From: Candidatus Oxydemutatoraceae bacterium
GTDB taxonomy: Bacteria; Pseudomonadota; Gammaproteobacteria; Poriferisulfidales; Oxydemutatoraceae
Direction: 5' to 3'
DNA length: 64,000 nt
Assembly: GCA_965220085.1 (NCBI GenBank)
Contig: CBDCOZ010000001.1
Coordinates: 128,001 to 192,000, forward strand
Part shown: positions 50,856 to 61,957 of the stretch, piece after piece
Position numbering within the stretch: position 1 is the first letter of the stretch
How the letters are laid out: each line of letters opens with the position of its first letter
Notes under the pieces: model-generated
The model's input: only the letters and a program-made list of their open reading frames with translations
Told to the model about the DNA's origin: nothing
The model's database searches: none
Translations under genes and position numbers: made by a program

Positions 50856-53723
50856 ATGGAGATACAAAAACAGCAAACAGATACCAATTTGTCCTCGCCG
50901 GCTGTCGTCGGCGCCGAAGCGTCGGCGGTTGAGATGCCGGTGGCCGTGCCGGGACAGTACCGAGTGATTCGTCGCAACGGCAAGACCACGGCATTTGATT
51001 CGAGCAAGATCGCGGTTGCTGTGACGAAAGCGTTTCTGGCGGTCGAAGGCAACGCCGCCGCCGCGTCAACGCGCATACATAAGATTGTCGAAGAGCTGAC
51101 CGAGCAGGTCGTGACCGCGCTGACGCGCAATCGCTCTTCTTACGGCGAGACCTTTCATATAGAGGATATTCAGGATCAGGTTGAGTTGGCATTGATGCGC
51201 GGCGGGCATCACCGCGTGGCCAGGTCTTATGTGCTGTATCGCGAACAACGCGCGCAGGAACGTCTGAACAAGAAGAAGAGCGAAGAGAGCGCGGCGCAAC
51301 CCGATGCGGAAATCATGGTCGAGTACGCCGACGGCGGCACCCGCCCGCTTGACTTTGAACGCATGCAGCGGATGGTGCGTGACGCGTGTCTTGACACCGA
51401 GCATGTCGCGCCCGATTTAATCCTTGAGCAAGCGCTGCGTAATTTGTACAGCGGCATGAAAGAAGAGGATATCAATAGCGTCGTCGTGATGAGCGCGAGG
51501 AGCCTGACCGAGCAGGACCCGAACTACAGTTTCGTGGCGGCGCGTTTTCTGTTGCAGCGGCTTTGGGGCGAAGCTCTGGCCTTCCTCAATCGGTCGGATG
51601 TGTCGGAGTTGGATGCCGACATGCATTACGCGGCCTATTTCCCGGACTATGTCCGACGGGCCTGCGATTTGGAGCTGCTCGACCCGAGGCTCATGACCGA
51701 ATACGACTTGGAGCGCTTGGCGCAGGCGTTGCGCCCGCAACGCGACCGCCAGTTTAACCATCTGGGGCTGCAGACCTTATACGATCGCTACTTTATCCAC
51801 TCCGATTCCGAGGCGCGGATAGAATTGCCGCAGGCGTTTTTTATGCGGGTTGCGATGGGGCTGGCATTAAACGAGACGAACCAGAACGACCGGGCGATAG
51901 AGTTTTATAATTTGCTCTCTTCCTTTGACTTCATGAGCTCAACGCCGACGCTGTTTAATTCCGGCACCTTGTATCCGCAGTTGTCTTCGTGTTATCTGAC
52001 GACGATAGACGACGATTTGCACGGCATATTTGAGGCGATGCGGGACAATGCCATGTTGTCCAAGTTTGCCGGCGGGCTCGGCAACGATTGGACGCCGGTG
52101 CGGGCGATGGGTTCTTACATCAAAGGCACCAACGGCAGGTCGCAAGGCGTCGTGCCCTTCCTCAAGGTTGCCAATGACACCGCCGTGGCGGTGAATCAGG
52201 GCGGCAAACGCAAAGGCGCCGTGTGCGCCTATCTTGAGACTTGGCATCTTGATATCGAGGAGTTCCTTGAGTTGCGCAAGAACACCGGCGACGACCGTCG
52301 GCGCACGCACGATATGAATACGGCCAATTGGGTGCCGGACCTGTTTATGAAACGGGTCAAAGAAAATGCGCGCTGGACATTGTTTTCCCCGAACGAGACC
52401 GGCGATTTGCACGATTTGTGCGGGCGCGAATTTGAAAAGCGGTATGTCGAATACGAAGCGGCGGCGGAGCGCGGCGAGTTGGAGACATACAAGCGCGTCG
52501 AAGCGGCGCAGTTGTGGCGCAAGATGATTAACATGCTGTATGAGACCGGTCACCCGTGGTTGGCATTCAAAGACCCGTGCAACATCCGCTCGCCGCAGCA
52601 ACATGTCGGCGTGGTGCACTCTTCCAACCTGTGTACCGAGATCACATTGAACACCTCCAAGAGCGAGATCGCGGTGTGTAATCTCGGCTCGGTCAATCTG
52701 GCGCAGCACGTCGATGAGAACGGTTTGAATACGGAGAAACTGGAAGCCACGATCAACACCGCGATGCGGATGCTGGATAACGTAATTGATTGCAATTACT
52801 ACAGTGTCCGCAAGGCGCGCAATTCCAACATGCGCCATCGTCCGGTGGGGCTTGGCATCATGGGTTTTCAGGATGCCTTGTATAAGTTGCGCCTGCCGTA
52901 TTCCGACGAGCGGGCGGTGGAGTTTGCCGACCGTTCTATGGAAGCGGTGAGTTATTTTGCGATTCAGGCTTCGGTTGATCTCGCGCAGGAACGCGGCGCG
53001 TATTCGAGTTTCAAAGGCTCGCTGTGGAGCCGGGGCATCTTGCCGATCGACTCTGTCAAGATGCTGGCCGACAGCCGCGACGGGATGTTGAAAGCGGATA
53101 TGTCTTCGACGATGGACTGGGATGCGTTGCGCGCCCGCGTGAAAAAGGTCGGGATGCGCAATTCCAACACCATGGCGATCGCGCCGACCGCGACGATTTC
53201 AAATATCTGCGGCGTGTCCCAAAGCATAGAGCCGACTTACCAGAACCTGTTTGTCAAATCCAATCTGTCGGGCGAGTTCACGGTGGTGAACACATACTTG
53301 CGCAATGACCTGCGCGCGCTCGGCTTGTGGGACGAAGTGATGGTTCACGATCTCAAATACTACGACGGCAGTGTGCGCCAGACCGACAGAATTCCCGACG
53401 AGCTCAAAGCGTTGTACGCCACCGCTTTTGAGATAGACCCGCGCTGGCTGGTCGAGGCCGCATCGCGGCGGCAGAAATGGATCGACCAATCCCAGTCGCT
53501 CAACTTGTATATGGCGGAGCCGTCGGGCAAAAAGATGTCCAACCTCTACGAGTTGGCGTGGGTGAGAGGTTTGAAAACGACTTACTATCTGCGTTCTATG
53601 GGGGCGACCCATGTGGAGAAGAGCACCCTCAACACGGCCGACTCCAAGTTGAACGCGGTGTCAAACAGCCGGCCGGAAGCGCCCGCGTGTTCGATGGACG
53701 AAGGCTGCGAAGCATGCCAATAA
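50856..53723 (+). CDS. nrdA: Class Ia ribonucleotide reductase alpha subunit
   Basis: ATP cone, TPTLFN, SNLCTEI, APTATIS, KTTYY, C-terminal CEACQ. Confidence 0.97.
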   Translation: MEIQKQQTDTNLSSPAVVGAEASAVEMPVAVPGQYRVIRRNGKTTAFDSSKIAVAVTKAFLAVEGNAAAASTRIHKIVEELTEQVVTALTRNRSSYGETFHIEDIQDQVELALMRGGHHRVARSYVLYREQRAQERLNKKKSEESAAQPDAEIMVEYADGGTRPLDFERMQRMVRDACLDTEHVAPDLILEQALRNLYSGMKEEDINSVVVMSARSLTEQDPNYSFVAARFLLQRLWGEALAFLNRSDVSELDADMHYAAYFPDYVRRACDLELLDPRLMTEYDLERLAQALRPQRDRQFNHLGLQTLYDRYFIHSDSEARIELPQAFFMRVAMGLALNETNQNDRAIEFYNLLSSFDFMSSTPTLFNSGTLYPQLSSCYLTTIDDDLHGIFEAMRDNAMLSKFAGGLGNDWTPVRAMGSYIKGTNGRSQGVVPFLKVANDTAVAVNQGGKRKGAVCAYLETWHLDIEEFLELRKNTGDDRRRTHDMNTANWVPDLFMKRVKENARWTLFSPNETGDLHDLCGREFEKRYVEYEAAAERGELETYKRVEAAQLWRKMINMLYETGHPWLAFKDPCNIRSPQQHVGVVHSSNLCTEITLNTSKSEIAVCNLGSVNLAQHVDENGLNTEKLEATINTAMRMLDNVIDCNYYSVRKARNSNMRHRPVGLGIMGFQDALYKLRLPYSDERAVEFADRSMEAVSYFAIQASVDLAQERGAYSSFKGSLWSRGILPIDSVKMLADSRDGMLKADMSSTMDWDALRARVKKVGMRNSNTMAIAPTATISNICGVSQSIEPTYQNLFVKSNLSGEFTVVNTYLRNDLRALGLWDEVMVHDLKYYDGSVRQTDRIPDELKALYATAFEIDPRWLVEAASRRQKWIDQSQSLNLYMAEPSGKKMSNLYELAWVRGLKTTYYLRSMGATHVEKSTLNTADSKLNAVSNSRPEAPACSMDEGCEACQ

Positions 53724-53746
53724 AACAACTATAGGAGACGATACTT

Positions 53747-54952
53747 ATGCAACAACCAAGTCAATTTAATTGGGATTCCCCCTTGGCCGATAACGACCCG
53801 GTTATCGATGCCCCGGAGCTTGTCCGCAAGCGCAACGGCAATGCGGGCAGCGGGCAACGCGCAGCCGTTGCGCCGCAGAACGGCGCCGGCGACAGCGGAG
53901 TGACCGGCCTTGAAGACCTGCAGATGGGGGCCGCGCGGATTCAAGTCGATGACAAACAGATCATCAATTGCCGCGCCGACTTAAACCAACTGGTGCCGTT
54001 CAAATACGCCTGGGCGTGGGACAAATATCTCGCGGCGTGTAACAACCATTGGATGCCGCAGGAGATCAACATGACCGCCGATGTCGAGTTGTGGAAGCGG
54101 GCGGACGGTTTGACCGAGGCCGAGCGGATGGTGGTCAAACGCAATCTGGGTTTCTTCTCGACCGCCGACTCGTTGGTCGCGAACAATCTGGTGTTGGCGG
54201 TATATCGTCACATCACCAATCCCGAGTGTCGGCAATATCTCTTGCGCCAGGCGTTTGAGGAGGCGGTACACACCCACGCATACCAATATTGCATTCAATC
54301 ATTGGGCTTGGATGAGGGCGAAGTGTTTAACATGTATCGCGAACTGCCGTCGGTGGCGCACAAGTCCGAATGGGCTTTGCCGTATACCAAGAGTCTGAGC
54401 GATCCGACTTTCAAAACCGGCTCGCTGGCGGACAACCGGCGTTTGTTGCGCGACTTGATCGCGTTTTATGTCGTGTTTGAAGGCATCTTCTTTTATGTCG
54501 GCTTTGCGCAGATATTGTCGATGGGACGGCGCAACAAGATGGTCGGCGTCGCCGAACAGTTTCAATATATCCTGCGCGACGAGTCCATGCATATGAACTT
54601 CGGCATAGATGTCATCAATCAAATCAAGTTGGAAAATCCGGATCTGTGGAGCGAAGCGTTCCAATCCGAGATGATAGAACTGATCATGGAAGGGGTCAAG
54701 CACGAGAAACTGTATGCCGAGGACACGATGCCGCAGGGCATTTTGGGCATGAATGCAAACTCGTTCAAGCAATATGTCGAGTTTATTGCCAATCGGCGCT
54801 TTGCGCAGATTGATTTGCCGGAGCAGTTTCCCGGCGTCAAAAACCCGTTCCCGTGGATGTCCGAAATACTGGACTTGAAAAAAGAGAAAAACTTCTTTGA
54901 AACCCGCGTAACCGAGTATCAAACCGGCGGTGCTTTGGATTGGGACGACTGA
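53747..54952 (+). CDS. nrdB: Ribonucleotide reductase beta subunit
   Basis: [31 protein letters not shown]. Confidence 0.96.
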   Translation: MQQPSQFNWDSPLADNDPVIDAPELVRKRNGNAGSGQRAAVAPQNGAGDSGVTGLEDLQMGAARIQVDDKQIINCRADLNQLVPFKYAWAWDKYLAACNNHWMPQEINMTADVELWKRADGLTEAERMVVKRNLGFFSTADSLVANNLVLAVYRHITNPECRQYLLRQAFEEAVHTHAYQYCIQSLGLDEGEVFNMYRELPSVAHKSEWALPYTKSLSDPTFKTGSLADNRRLLRDLIAFYVVFEGIFFYVGFAQILSMGRRNKMVGVAEQFQYILRDESMHMNFGIDVINQIKLENPDLWSEAFQSEMIELIMEGVKHEKLYAEDTMPQGILGMNANSFKQYVEFIANRRFAQIDLPEQFPGVKNPFPWMSEILDLKKEKNFFETRVTEYQTGGALDWDD

Positions 54953-55050
54953 GGCGGGCAGCGCGACCTCTTCGTCGCACAGGGCGGCTTCTGTCCGCGA
55001 CGAAGCGACGGAGAGGCTTGTTGCCGTAACGCGCGCCCGAGGCATGTAAT

Positions 55051-55575
55051 ATGATGGACTCTGTTCGGGCTTTTTCTTTTCGCAGCATACACCTGCTCGG
55101 CTTGGCGCTGGCGATAGCGTCTCTGCTCATCGCCGTTTTTTTCATGCAGGGGTATCTGGGTCTGGCCGCATGCCCTCTGTGCATCATCGACCGCTGGCTG
55201 GTCGGCCTTGCCGCCGTCCTGTTTGCTCTCGCGGCGACACACAATCCGTCCCGCATCGGCCAGCGCATCTATGCCGGTTTGAATATGCTCGTCTGCGCCG
55301 CCGGCATGGCGGTCGCCGGTCGCCACATTTGGCTGCAGAGTGTGCCGCCGGAGGACGTTCCCGACTGCACGCCCGGACTGGACTACCTGATGGAGGCGCT
55401 GCCGTTGCAAAAAGTCTTTGCGGTATTGATGAACAGCGCCGGCGAATGCGCCGAAGTCGTCTGGACATTTCTGGGTCTGTCCATTCCCCAGCAGACCTTG
55501 CTGCTTTTTATCGCGCTCTTTCTGGTATCGCTGATCGTCGTCGTCAAAGCATGCGGCGGCGGACATCGCGGATAG
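55051..55575 (+). CDS. dsbB: Disulfide bond formation protein B
   Basis: CPLC, RHIWLQ, second Cys pair, four TM segments. Confidence 0.92.
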   Translation: MMDSVRAFSFRSIHLLGLALAIASLLIAVFFMQGYLGLAACPLCIIDRWLVGLAAVLFALAATHNPSRIGQRIYAGLNMLVCAAGMAVAGRHIWLQSVPPEDVPDCTPGLDYLMEALPLQKVFAVLMNSAGECAEVVWTFLGLSIPQQTLLLFIALFLVSLIVVVKACGGGHRG

Positions 55576-55579
55576 GGCG

Positions 55580-56245
55580 ATGGGTGCGCGTATCGTCTCG
55601 GTCAATGTCGCACAGCCTCGTGTGGTGATGTACAAAGGCCGCGAAGTGACAACGAGCATTCGCAAAAAGCCGATATCCGGCCGCCGTGTCGCCCTCGGCG
55701 AGGACGGACTTTGCGGCGACGCTCAGGCTGACCGCGCGCGCCACGGCGGCGCGCACAAGGCGGCGTATGCTTATGCCAGCGAGCATTATGAATACTGGCG
55801 CAGCCGCCATCGCCTGCGCGCCGAAAGTTACGGCCTGTTCGGCGAAAATCTGACGACAGAAGGCCTGTCGGATAACGATGTTTGCATAGGCGATGACATT
55901 GCCATCGGTGATGCGATCTTGCGCGTGACCCAGCCGCGCATCCCGTGCTACAAATTGAATATCGCGACGAATCGCGAACGGTTTGATAGGGTCTTCGGTC
56001 ACAGCGCCCGGCTCGGCTTTTATATGAAAGTGATGAAAACAGGTTTTGTTCAAAACGGCGACGCGATTGAGATCGCCTCTCGCGACGCGTTGCAAATCAG
56101 TTCGCAGGCTATTGCCGAAATGTGCTTTCTTGACACCGAAAACTATTCGGGGATGACATATGCGATGCGGCACAAGGAATTGCCCCCCGATATCGCCAAA
56201 GTGTTTCAACACCGTCTGGCACGAAGCGGCCGGCTTTTCGGATAA
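55580..56245 (+). CDS. MOSC-domain protein (YiiM-like)
   Basis: DAQADRARHGG, FGENLT, QPRIPCYKL. Confidence 0.88.
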   Translation: MGARIVSVNVAQPRVVMYKGREVTTSIRKKPISGRRVALGEDGLCGDAQADRARHGGAHKAAYAYASEHYEYWRSRHRLRAESYGLFGENLTTEGLSDNDVCIGDDIAIGDAILRVTQPRIPCYKLNIATNRERFDRVFGHSARLGFYMKVMKTGFVQNGDAIEIASRDALQISSQAIAEMCFLDTENYSGMTYAMRHKELPPDIAKVFQHRLARSGRLFG

Positions 56246-56259
56246 ACCGGTCTGACGGC

Positions 56260-57366
56260 ATGACTGATCGCATCGCATTCATCGGCATCGGCAACATCGC
56301 CCAGCGCATCATCGCCGGTTTGATAAAGAGCGGTGTTGAACCGCAGCGCATCGTCGTCGCCGAGCATAACCGGCGGCGGCTGCAAGCGTTTTGTGCCGCT
56401 TACCCGGGCTTGATATTAGCGGCTTCAAATCGCGAGGCGGTCGCCGACGCGGCAACGACCGTCGCCTGTGTCAAACCGAATGACATGCGTTCTGTTTGTG
56501 CGGAGATCGCTCCGGCTCTCAACGGCCTGTTCATGTCGACAGCGGCGGGCGTTCCAATCGCGCGCCTGTCCGAGTGGACGCAAGGCTGTCGGAGCATCGC
56601 GCGCTGCATGCCGAACACACCGGTATCGCTGTTACAAGGCGCGGTCGGTTTGTACGCGGCGGCGGAAGTGTCCGCCGACAGCCGCCGGGATGCGCAGAGC
56701 CTGTTTGCCAGAGTCGCGGCGGTTTTCTGGCTTGACAAAGAGAGCGATATGAATGCCATGACGGCTTTGTGCGGCAGCGGGCCGGGATATTTTCTGGCGC
56801 TGGCCGAACAGCTTGCGGCAATCGCCCGCGATTGCGGTTTTGCGGATACGCAACGGTTCGCAGCGGAGGTGTTGTCTCACGGCGCGCAAGTCATCGCGCG
56901 GTTCGGCGCCGAGGATACCGATGCATTGATCGCACATTGCGCAGAATATCCCGAGCAATGCGGCTTGGCGAACAGCGAGGATGAGCGGATGTTCTATGCG
57001 ATGTGCCTGAGTTGTGTGGCGGCGTTTGTGACCGGACTGAAAAAAGCGGCGGCGCAATCGGGGTTTGCCCCGTCGACCGCGACCGCGATGGTTCATGCGA
57101 CCTTATCCGGCAGCGCGGCGCTGGCGGCAGACGAAGGCGATGCAAAGCGGTTGTATGCGCAGGTCGCCTCCAAAGGCGGCACGACTGCGGAGGGAATCAA
57201 AGTGTTGAAGGAAGCAAATCTAAAACAGTTGCTGGCAGCGGATGCGCGGGGTGGCCGCGCCGCCTTCGGCGCGCAACAGTATCGCGACGCGCAAGCGCTC
57301 GCGCAACGCATGTTTCATGCGGCGCAACAACGCGCCGCCGCGATGGAGGCGGAGGTCTCCGCTTAG
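56260..57366 (+). CDS. proC: Pyrroline-5-carboxylate reductase, elongated
   Basis: FIGIGNIA, VKP, RCMPNTP, GSGPGY, ASKGGTT; proC-yggT synteny. Confidence 0.85.
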   Translation: MTDRIAFIGIGNIAQRIIAGLIKSGVEPQRIVVAEHNRRRLQAFCAAYPGLILAASNREAVADAATTVACVKPNDMRSVCAEIAPALNGLFMSTAAGVPIARLSEWTQGCRSIARCMPNTPVSLLQGAVGLYAAAEVSADSRRDAQSLFARVAAVFWLDKESDMNAMTALCGSGPGYFLALAEQLAAIARDCGFADTQRFAAEVLSHGAQVIARFGAEDTDALIAHCAEYPEQCGLANSEDERMFYAMCLSCVAAFVTGLKKAAAQSGFAPSTATAMVHATLSGSAALAADEGDAKRLYAQVASKGGTTAEGIKVLKEANLKQLLAADARGGRAAFGAQQYRDAQALAQRMFHAAQQRAAAMEAEVSA

Positions 57367-57371
57367 GTCGG

Positions 57372-57956
57372 ATGGGCGTTTCCGTGTCTGACAACCCGCT
57401 GCTGTTTCTGGTTGATAACCTGTTCACGTTTTATATCATCGCGCTGATTCTGCGCGGCATCCTGTCGCTGGCGTCGGCCGATTTTTATAACCCGGTTTCC
57501 CAGTTCGTATTTAAGCTGACCGAACCGCCGCTTTCCATCCTGAGAAAATTTATCCCGGTCGCGGGGCGTTGGGATATGTCGTGTTGGGTTTTTGCGTGGT
57601 TGCTCGGTGTCGCCGAGACATGGCTTATCTCTGTGATTCTGGGGTATGCGTTTTCCCCGCCGCAAGCGGCTTTCGCCGCCGTCGTCACGCTCAGCCTGCT
57701 GGTGATACGGATCTATATCTTTGCCATCTTTGCGCTGGCTATCAGCAGTTGGTTTGTCAGCGGGAGGCAAGCGCTGTCCCACCCGGCAATCTCTTTGCTC
57801 TTCGCTGTGACAGAACCGGCGCTCGCCCCTTTCAGGCGCATCATGCCGAGCCTTGGCGTGATCGACATCAGCCCTCTGGCGGCCATTTTCGCGCTGTACT
57901 TTCTGATGAGCGTGATACGCCACATTGCGGCGTGGGTCGCGGTCGTCGTCTTTTAG
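57372..57956 (+). CDS. yggT: YggT family membrane protein
   Basis: [14 protein letters not shown] and repeated TEP..RR..P...DISP. Confidence 0.88.
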   Translation: MGVSVSDNPLLFLVDNLFTFYIIALILRGILSLASADFYNPVSQFVFKLTEPPLSILRKFIPVAGRWDMSCWVFAWLLGVAETWLISVILGYAFSPPQAAFAAVVTLSLLVIRIYIFAIFALAISSWFVSGRQALSHPAISLLFAVTEPALAPFRRIMPSLGVIDISPLAAIFALYFLMSVIRHIAAWVAVVVF

Positions 57957-57981
57957 CGACTTAGCGACCGGTAACGAACGA

Positions 57982-59025
57982 ATGTTAGCGCTCGGTTTGG
58001 AAACATCGTGCGACGAGACCGGAATCGGTCTGGTCGATTCCGAGCGCGGCGTTGTCGCCGGCGAAATATTCAGCCAAGCGGAACTGCACCGCCCGCACGG
58101 CGGTGTCGTTCCGGAACTCGCTTCGCGCGACCACCTAAAAAAGCTGCTGCCGCTCGTGCGCAAAGCGCTGCGACCGTACGACCTCAAGGCGATAGATGCG
58201 GTGGCGTATGCCAAAGGCCCCGGTTTGATCGGGGCGTTGCTGACCGGGGCGACATTTGCGCACAGTCTGGCGTGGGCGCTTGCCAGACCGGCCATCGGCG
58301 TACATCATATGGAAGCGCATCTGCTGGTGTGCGAGTTAGGCGCTGCGGCTTTCAAGCCGCCGTATCTGGCCTTGCTGGTTTCCGGCGGGCATACCCAATT
58401 GGTTGAGGTGCGGGGCTTGGGGAACTATCGACTGCTCGGCGAGACGCTCGATGATGCCGTCGGCGAGGCCTTTGACAAGGTGGCGCGGATGCTCGGCCTG
58501 ACCTACCCGGGCGGGCCGGCGATCCAACAACTCGCGCAAAACGGCCGCGAAGGCCGGTTTGAATTCTCCCGCCCGATGAGCGATCGCCGCGACTTAAACT
58601 TCAGTTTCAGCGGGCTGAAGACACAGGTCTTGCGGGCGGTCCAACGGCAGGGCGACAGCGAGCAAGAGCGCGCCGATATCGCGCTCGCGTTTGAGACGGC
58701 GGCGGTGGATGCGCTGATGATCAAATGCCGTCAGGCGCTGGCGTTGCGCAAAACAAAGAAACTGGTGATTGCCGGCGGCGTTGCGGCGAATCTTCGTTTG
58801 CGCAAAAGCATTGAAAGCCTGCGCGCGGATGGAACGGAGGTTTTCTGCCCGCCGCAAGATTTGTGCACGGATAACGGCGTTATGATTGCCCACGCCGGCT
58901 TGCTCCGCCTGCAAGCCGGACAAGCTCCCGATCGCTTCGCGCGCGCGCATCCGCGATGGGGCCTCAACGAGCTCGCCGATCTCGGCGCTGTGGCAACCCG
59001 CGCGGCGGGGTCAGAACAGACGTGA
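57982..59025 (+). CDS. tsaD: tRNA threonylcarbamoyltransferase
   Basis: [30 protein letters not shown]. Confidence 0.97.
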   Translation: MLALGLETSCDETGIGLVDSERGVVAGEIFSQAELHRPHGGVVPELASRDHLKKLLPLVRKALRPYDLKAIDAVAYAKGPGLIGALLTGATFAHSLAWALARPAIGVHHMEAHLLVCELGAAAFKPPYLALLVSGGHTQLVEVRGLGNYRLLGETLDDAVGEAFDKVARMLGLTYPGGPAIQQLAQNGREGRFEFSRPMSDRRDLNFSFSGLKTQVLRAVQRQGDSEQERADIALAFETAAVDALMIKCRQALALRKTKKLVIAGGVAANLRLRKSIESLRADGTEVFCPPQDLCTDNGVMIAHAGLLRLQAGQAPDRFARAHPRWGLNELADLGAVATRAAGSEQT

Positions 59026-59598
59026 TTCGGCGCCGTTGCGGATTCTGTCGATATTGCCGCGGTGGCGCACCACGACCCATATCGCGATGACAACGCTTGC
59101 CAATACGATCGCGCCTGCCTGCCCGAGAAAGAACAGGGTGACCGGCGCCGATGCGCAAGCGACGATTCCGCCAAGCGAAGAGAAACGCGATAGCGCCGCG
59201 ACAATCAACCAGATTACAATCCAGCATAATCCCGTCAGCGGCGAGATTGCGAGCAGCGTCCCCAGGCAACTTGCGACCCCTTTGCCGCCTTTGAAGCGAT
59301 GAAAGACCGGATACAGGTGTCCGATGACCGAGGCGACCGCCATAACGGCGAGCGTGGTATCGCCCAAGCCGAGCGCGCCGGCCGCGAATATCGGCAGATA
59401 CGATTTTGCGATGTCACAGAGCAATACGACAGCGGCGAGTTTCTTGCCGCCGACGGTGATCATATTGGTCGCGCCCGGATTGCCCGAGCCGCCCTCGCGC
59501 GGGTCTGTTGTTCCGGCCAGATGGGTGACGATGATCGCAAAGGAAACAGACCCCGCAAAATAGGCGAGAGCGATGGCAATGATGTCTGTGGCGGGCAT
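59011..59598 (-). CDS. plsY: Glycerol-3-phosphate acyltransferase
   Basis: [23 protein letters not shown]. Confidence 0.95.
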   Translation of the reverse strand: MPATDIIAIALAYFAGSVSFAIIVTHLAGTTDPREGGSGNPGATNMITVGGKKLAAVVLLCDIAKSYLPIFAAGALGLGDTTLAVMAVASVIGHLYPVFHRFKGGKGVASCLGTLLAISPLTGLCWIVIWLIVAALSRFSSLGGIVACASAPVTLFFLGQAGAIVLASVVIAIWVVVRHRGNIDRIRNGAESRLF

Positions 59599-59807
59599 TT
59601 TTCGGCGGATATGTTATGCGATACGATACGGTGAAAGACAGCGCTTTGTCATTATACTAAACACCGCCGTCTTATCCTGTTGCACGGTTGGGTGGCGACG
59701 ACATGTTGGGATGAGATGAAACCATGCCTCAAAGGATGTTCTATTGCCACGCCGCAGTTACCCGGGCACGGCGACAGCCGCGATGCGGCGCAGGCGGGTA
59801 TTACGTT
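59591..59807. repeat. Left direct repeat (plsY start, intergenic region, bioH 5' fragment)
   Basis: Matches 61146-61365 with a 3-nt indel and few SNPs. Confidence 0.9.
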
Positions 59808-59912
59808 GCCCTATGTCCGATATGCCTTGGCATCATGCGAATATTTCGATTATTTCCGGCAGCGGTGTATAATTCCGCCGATTATTAACTCTTTTAGAAA
59901 TTATAAAGATTC

Positions 59913-60362
59913 ATGACTACTCGCGGGACAGAAGGCTCTTTGGTCGCTCGCCTAACAAGGCAGAGGTTCAGAGCGCAAATCAATTCATAAATGCTATCGG
60001 GCCTGAGTCCAAAGAGGGCAAGCCCGCAAAGGTGTCGCTTGCCCTTGAAGCCGGCAAAGCTAATGTGACACTTGAGCCTGCTGTGGCAACAGCGCTTCTT
60101 GAAGTTTTGCAGCGGTTATGATTTTTATATGACTCCGGTTGATGCGGAGTTAACAACCCAACAAGCCGCCGACCATCTGAATGTGTCCCGCCCCTTTCTT
60201 GTGCGACTCCTTGAGAAGGGGGATATTCCTTTTGCCAAGGCAGGTCGTCACCGCCGTATCCGTGCTCATGACCTCTTCGCCTACAAAAAGAAACGGGATG
60301 CGAGGCGGTCCAGGGCCTTGAGCGCCCTTGCCAAAGCGGATGCCGAAGCCGGCCTTGTATGA
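59913..60362 (+). pseudogene. Excisionase-type HTH antitoxin, N-terminal half frameshifted
   Basis: [27 protein letters not shown] in one frame; upstream PNKAEVQSA...[14 protein letters not shown] in another. Confidence 0.7.
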
Positions 60363-60940
60363 GCCGGCATTCGGGACGGCCCATAGCCGCCCTCGATGCA
60401 TGTGTTCTTGGCGGCGCGCTCCGGCGCAACATATTGCTCAGTCTTGCCGAAGCCGATTTGTTCCGCCCTAAATGGAGCGCCCGCATCTTAGAGGAAACAC
60501 AAAAAGCAATTTCAAAGATGACGAAAAGCAAGACCGACGGTTCTCGGCAACGAGAAAAGATTGAGGATGCGTTTCCGGAAGCATTAGTGACCGAATACGA
60601 AAGCCTTGAGAAGGATTTGAATCTGCCGGATGCCGATGACAGACATGTATTGGCGGCTGCCATAAAGGCATCGGCTTCTGTCATTGTGACAGACAACCTT
60701 GTTCATTTTCCTGTCAAAGCTCTCCGGCCATATGCGCTCAAAGCAATGTCGGCAAATGATTTCATTATTGAAATGGTCGAATTTGATTTGCCCAGAGATC
60801 TTCTTGCGCTAGAACGCATGCGACGGCGCTTTAAAAAGCCCATGATGAGCAAAGCAGATCTTATTCATAAGACTAAGGCGCAAGGGTTGCCCGGAGTTGC
60901 GGCCATCCTGAGCGAGTACCGCCAATCTTTGCAGAGGTAA
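60359..60940 (+). CDS. PIN-domain (VapC-like) protein
   Basis: [35 protein letters not shown]. Confidence 0.88.
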   Translation: MSRHSGRPIAALDACVLGGALRRNILLSLAEADLFRPKWSARILEETQKAISKMTKSKTDGSRQREKIEDAFPEALVTEYESLEKDLNLPDADDRHVLAAAIKASASVIVTDNLVHFPVKALRPYALKAMSANDFIIEMVEFDLPRDLLALERMRRRFKKPMMSKADLIHKTKAQGLPGVAAILSEYRQSLQR

Positions 60941-61145
60941 TCCGGTCACAACCGAATCCGCTTGTGCCAACCCTTGCGCAGGAGCGCAATATCAACCGGA
61001 TGTTTGCCCGATGCGCGGATAGGGCATAATCTGACGATGGATTGGGAGACAGACAAGCCGATACGAGGGGCCGCACCGCGCCGGCTTGCGGGCGCGCGGC
61101 GAGTCAGCCCTCGTGCCGAGGCGCGCAAGCATGAGGCGAAGCGTA

Positions 61146-61365
61146 GCGGGCATTTTCCGGCGGATATGTTATGCGATACTATGCGGTGAAAGACAGTGCT
61201 TTGTCATTATACTAAACACCGCCGTCTTATCCTGTTGCACGGTTGGATGGCGGCGACGACATGTTGGGATGAGATGAAACCATACCTCAAAGGATGTTCT
61301 ATTGCCACGCCGCAGTTGCCCGGGCACGGCGACAGCCGCGATGCGGCGCAGGCGGGTATTACGTT
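61146..61365. repeat. Right direct repeat flanking the TA islet
   Basis: Matches 59591-59807. Confidence 0.9.
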
Positions 61366-61957
61366 CGCCGATCTCCGGCAGTTGGCGGCGGCGCTCGCCG
61401 CTGCGGCGCCCGATGATTCCATTTGGGTCGGGTGGTCGCTCGGGGGGTTGGTCGCGCAGATGATAGCCGTCTGGCACCCCGAGAAAGTTCGGCATTTGAT
61501 TTGCGTCTGTTCAAGCCCCAGGTTTATTGCCGCAGATGATTGGCGCGATGGAATGCCGCCCGCCCGCTTTGACCGCTTTGCTTGCAAACTGGAGACCGAT
61601 CATCGCGCCTGTGAGCGCGAATTTATTGCGTTGCAGACGATGGGAGACAGCAACGAAGGCGCGCTTAGAAAGCGGTTGCGCGGCTGCCTCGCCCGCCCTT
61701 GTGACGCCGGCGAACTGAAAGCCGGCTTGGATGTGTTGGCGCAAACGGATATGCGCGAAGCCATCGCCGGCTGTCAATGTCCGGTTTCGTTTGTCGCCGG
61801 CGAACACGATCGCCTGACCAGCGCAAAGAGCCTCAAGGCGGCGAGCCGGTTGCCGCCCGACGGGCGCTATCATTGCATCCCGGCAACGGCACACGCGCCG
61901 ATGCTTTCGTCCCCCGCCGAATTTGCCCGCGCCTTGGAGCGGTGTCTGCATGTCTGA
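61196..61957 (+). CDS. bioH: Pimeloyl-ACP methyl ester carboxylesterase
   Basis: LLHGW, LPGHG, GWSLGG, HAPMLS; adjacent to bioC. Confidence 0.85.
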   Translation: MLCHYTKHRRLILLHGWMAATTCWDEMKPYLKGCSIATPQLPGHGDSRDAAQAGITFADLRQLAAALAAAAPDDSIWVGWSLGGLVAQMIAVWHPEKVRHLICVCSSPRFIAADDWRDGMPPARFDRFACKLETDHRACEREFIALQTMGDSNEGALRKRLRGCLARPCDAGELKAGLDVLAQTDMREAIAGCQCPVSFVAGEHDRLTSAKSLKAASRLPPDGRYHCIPATAHAPMLSSPAEFARALERCLHV

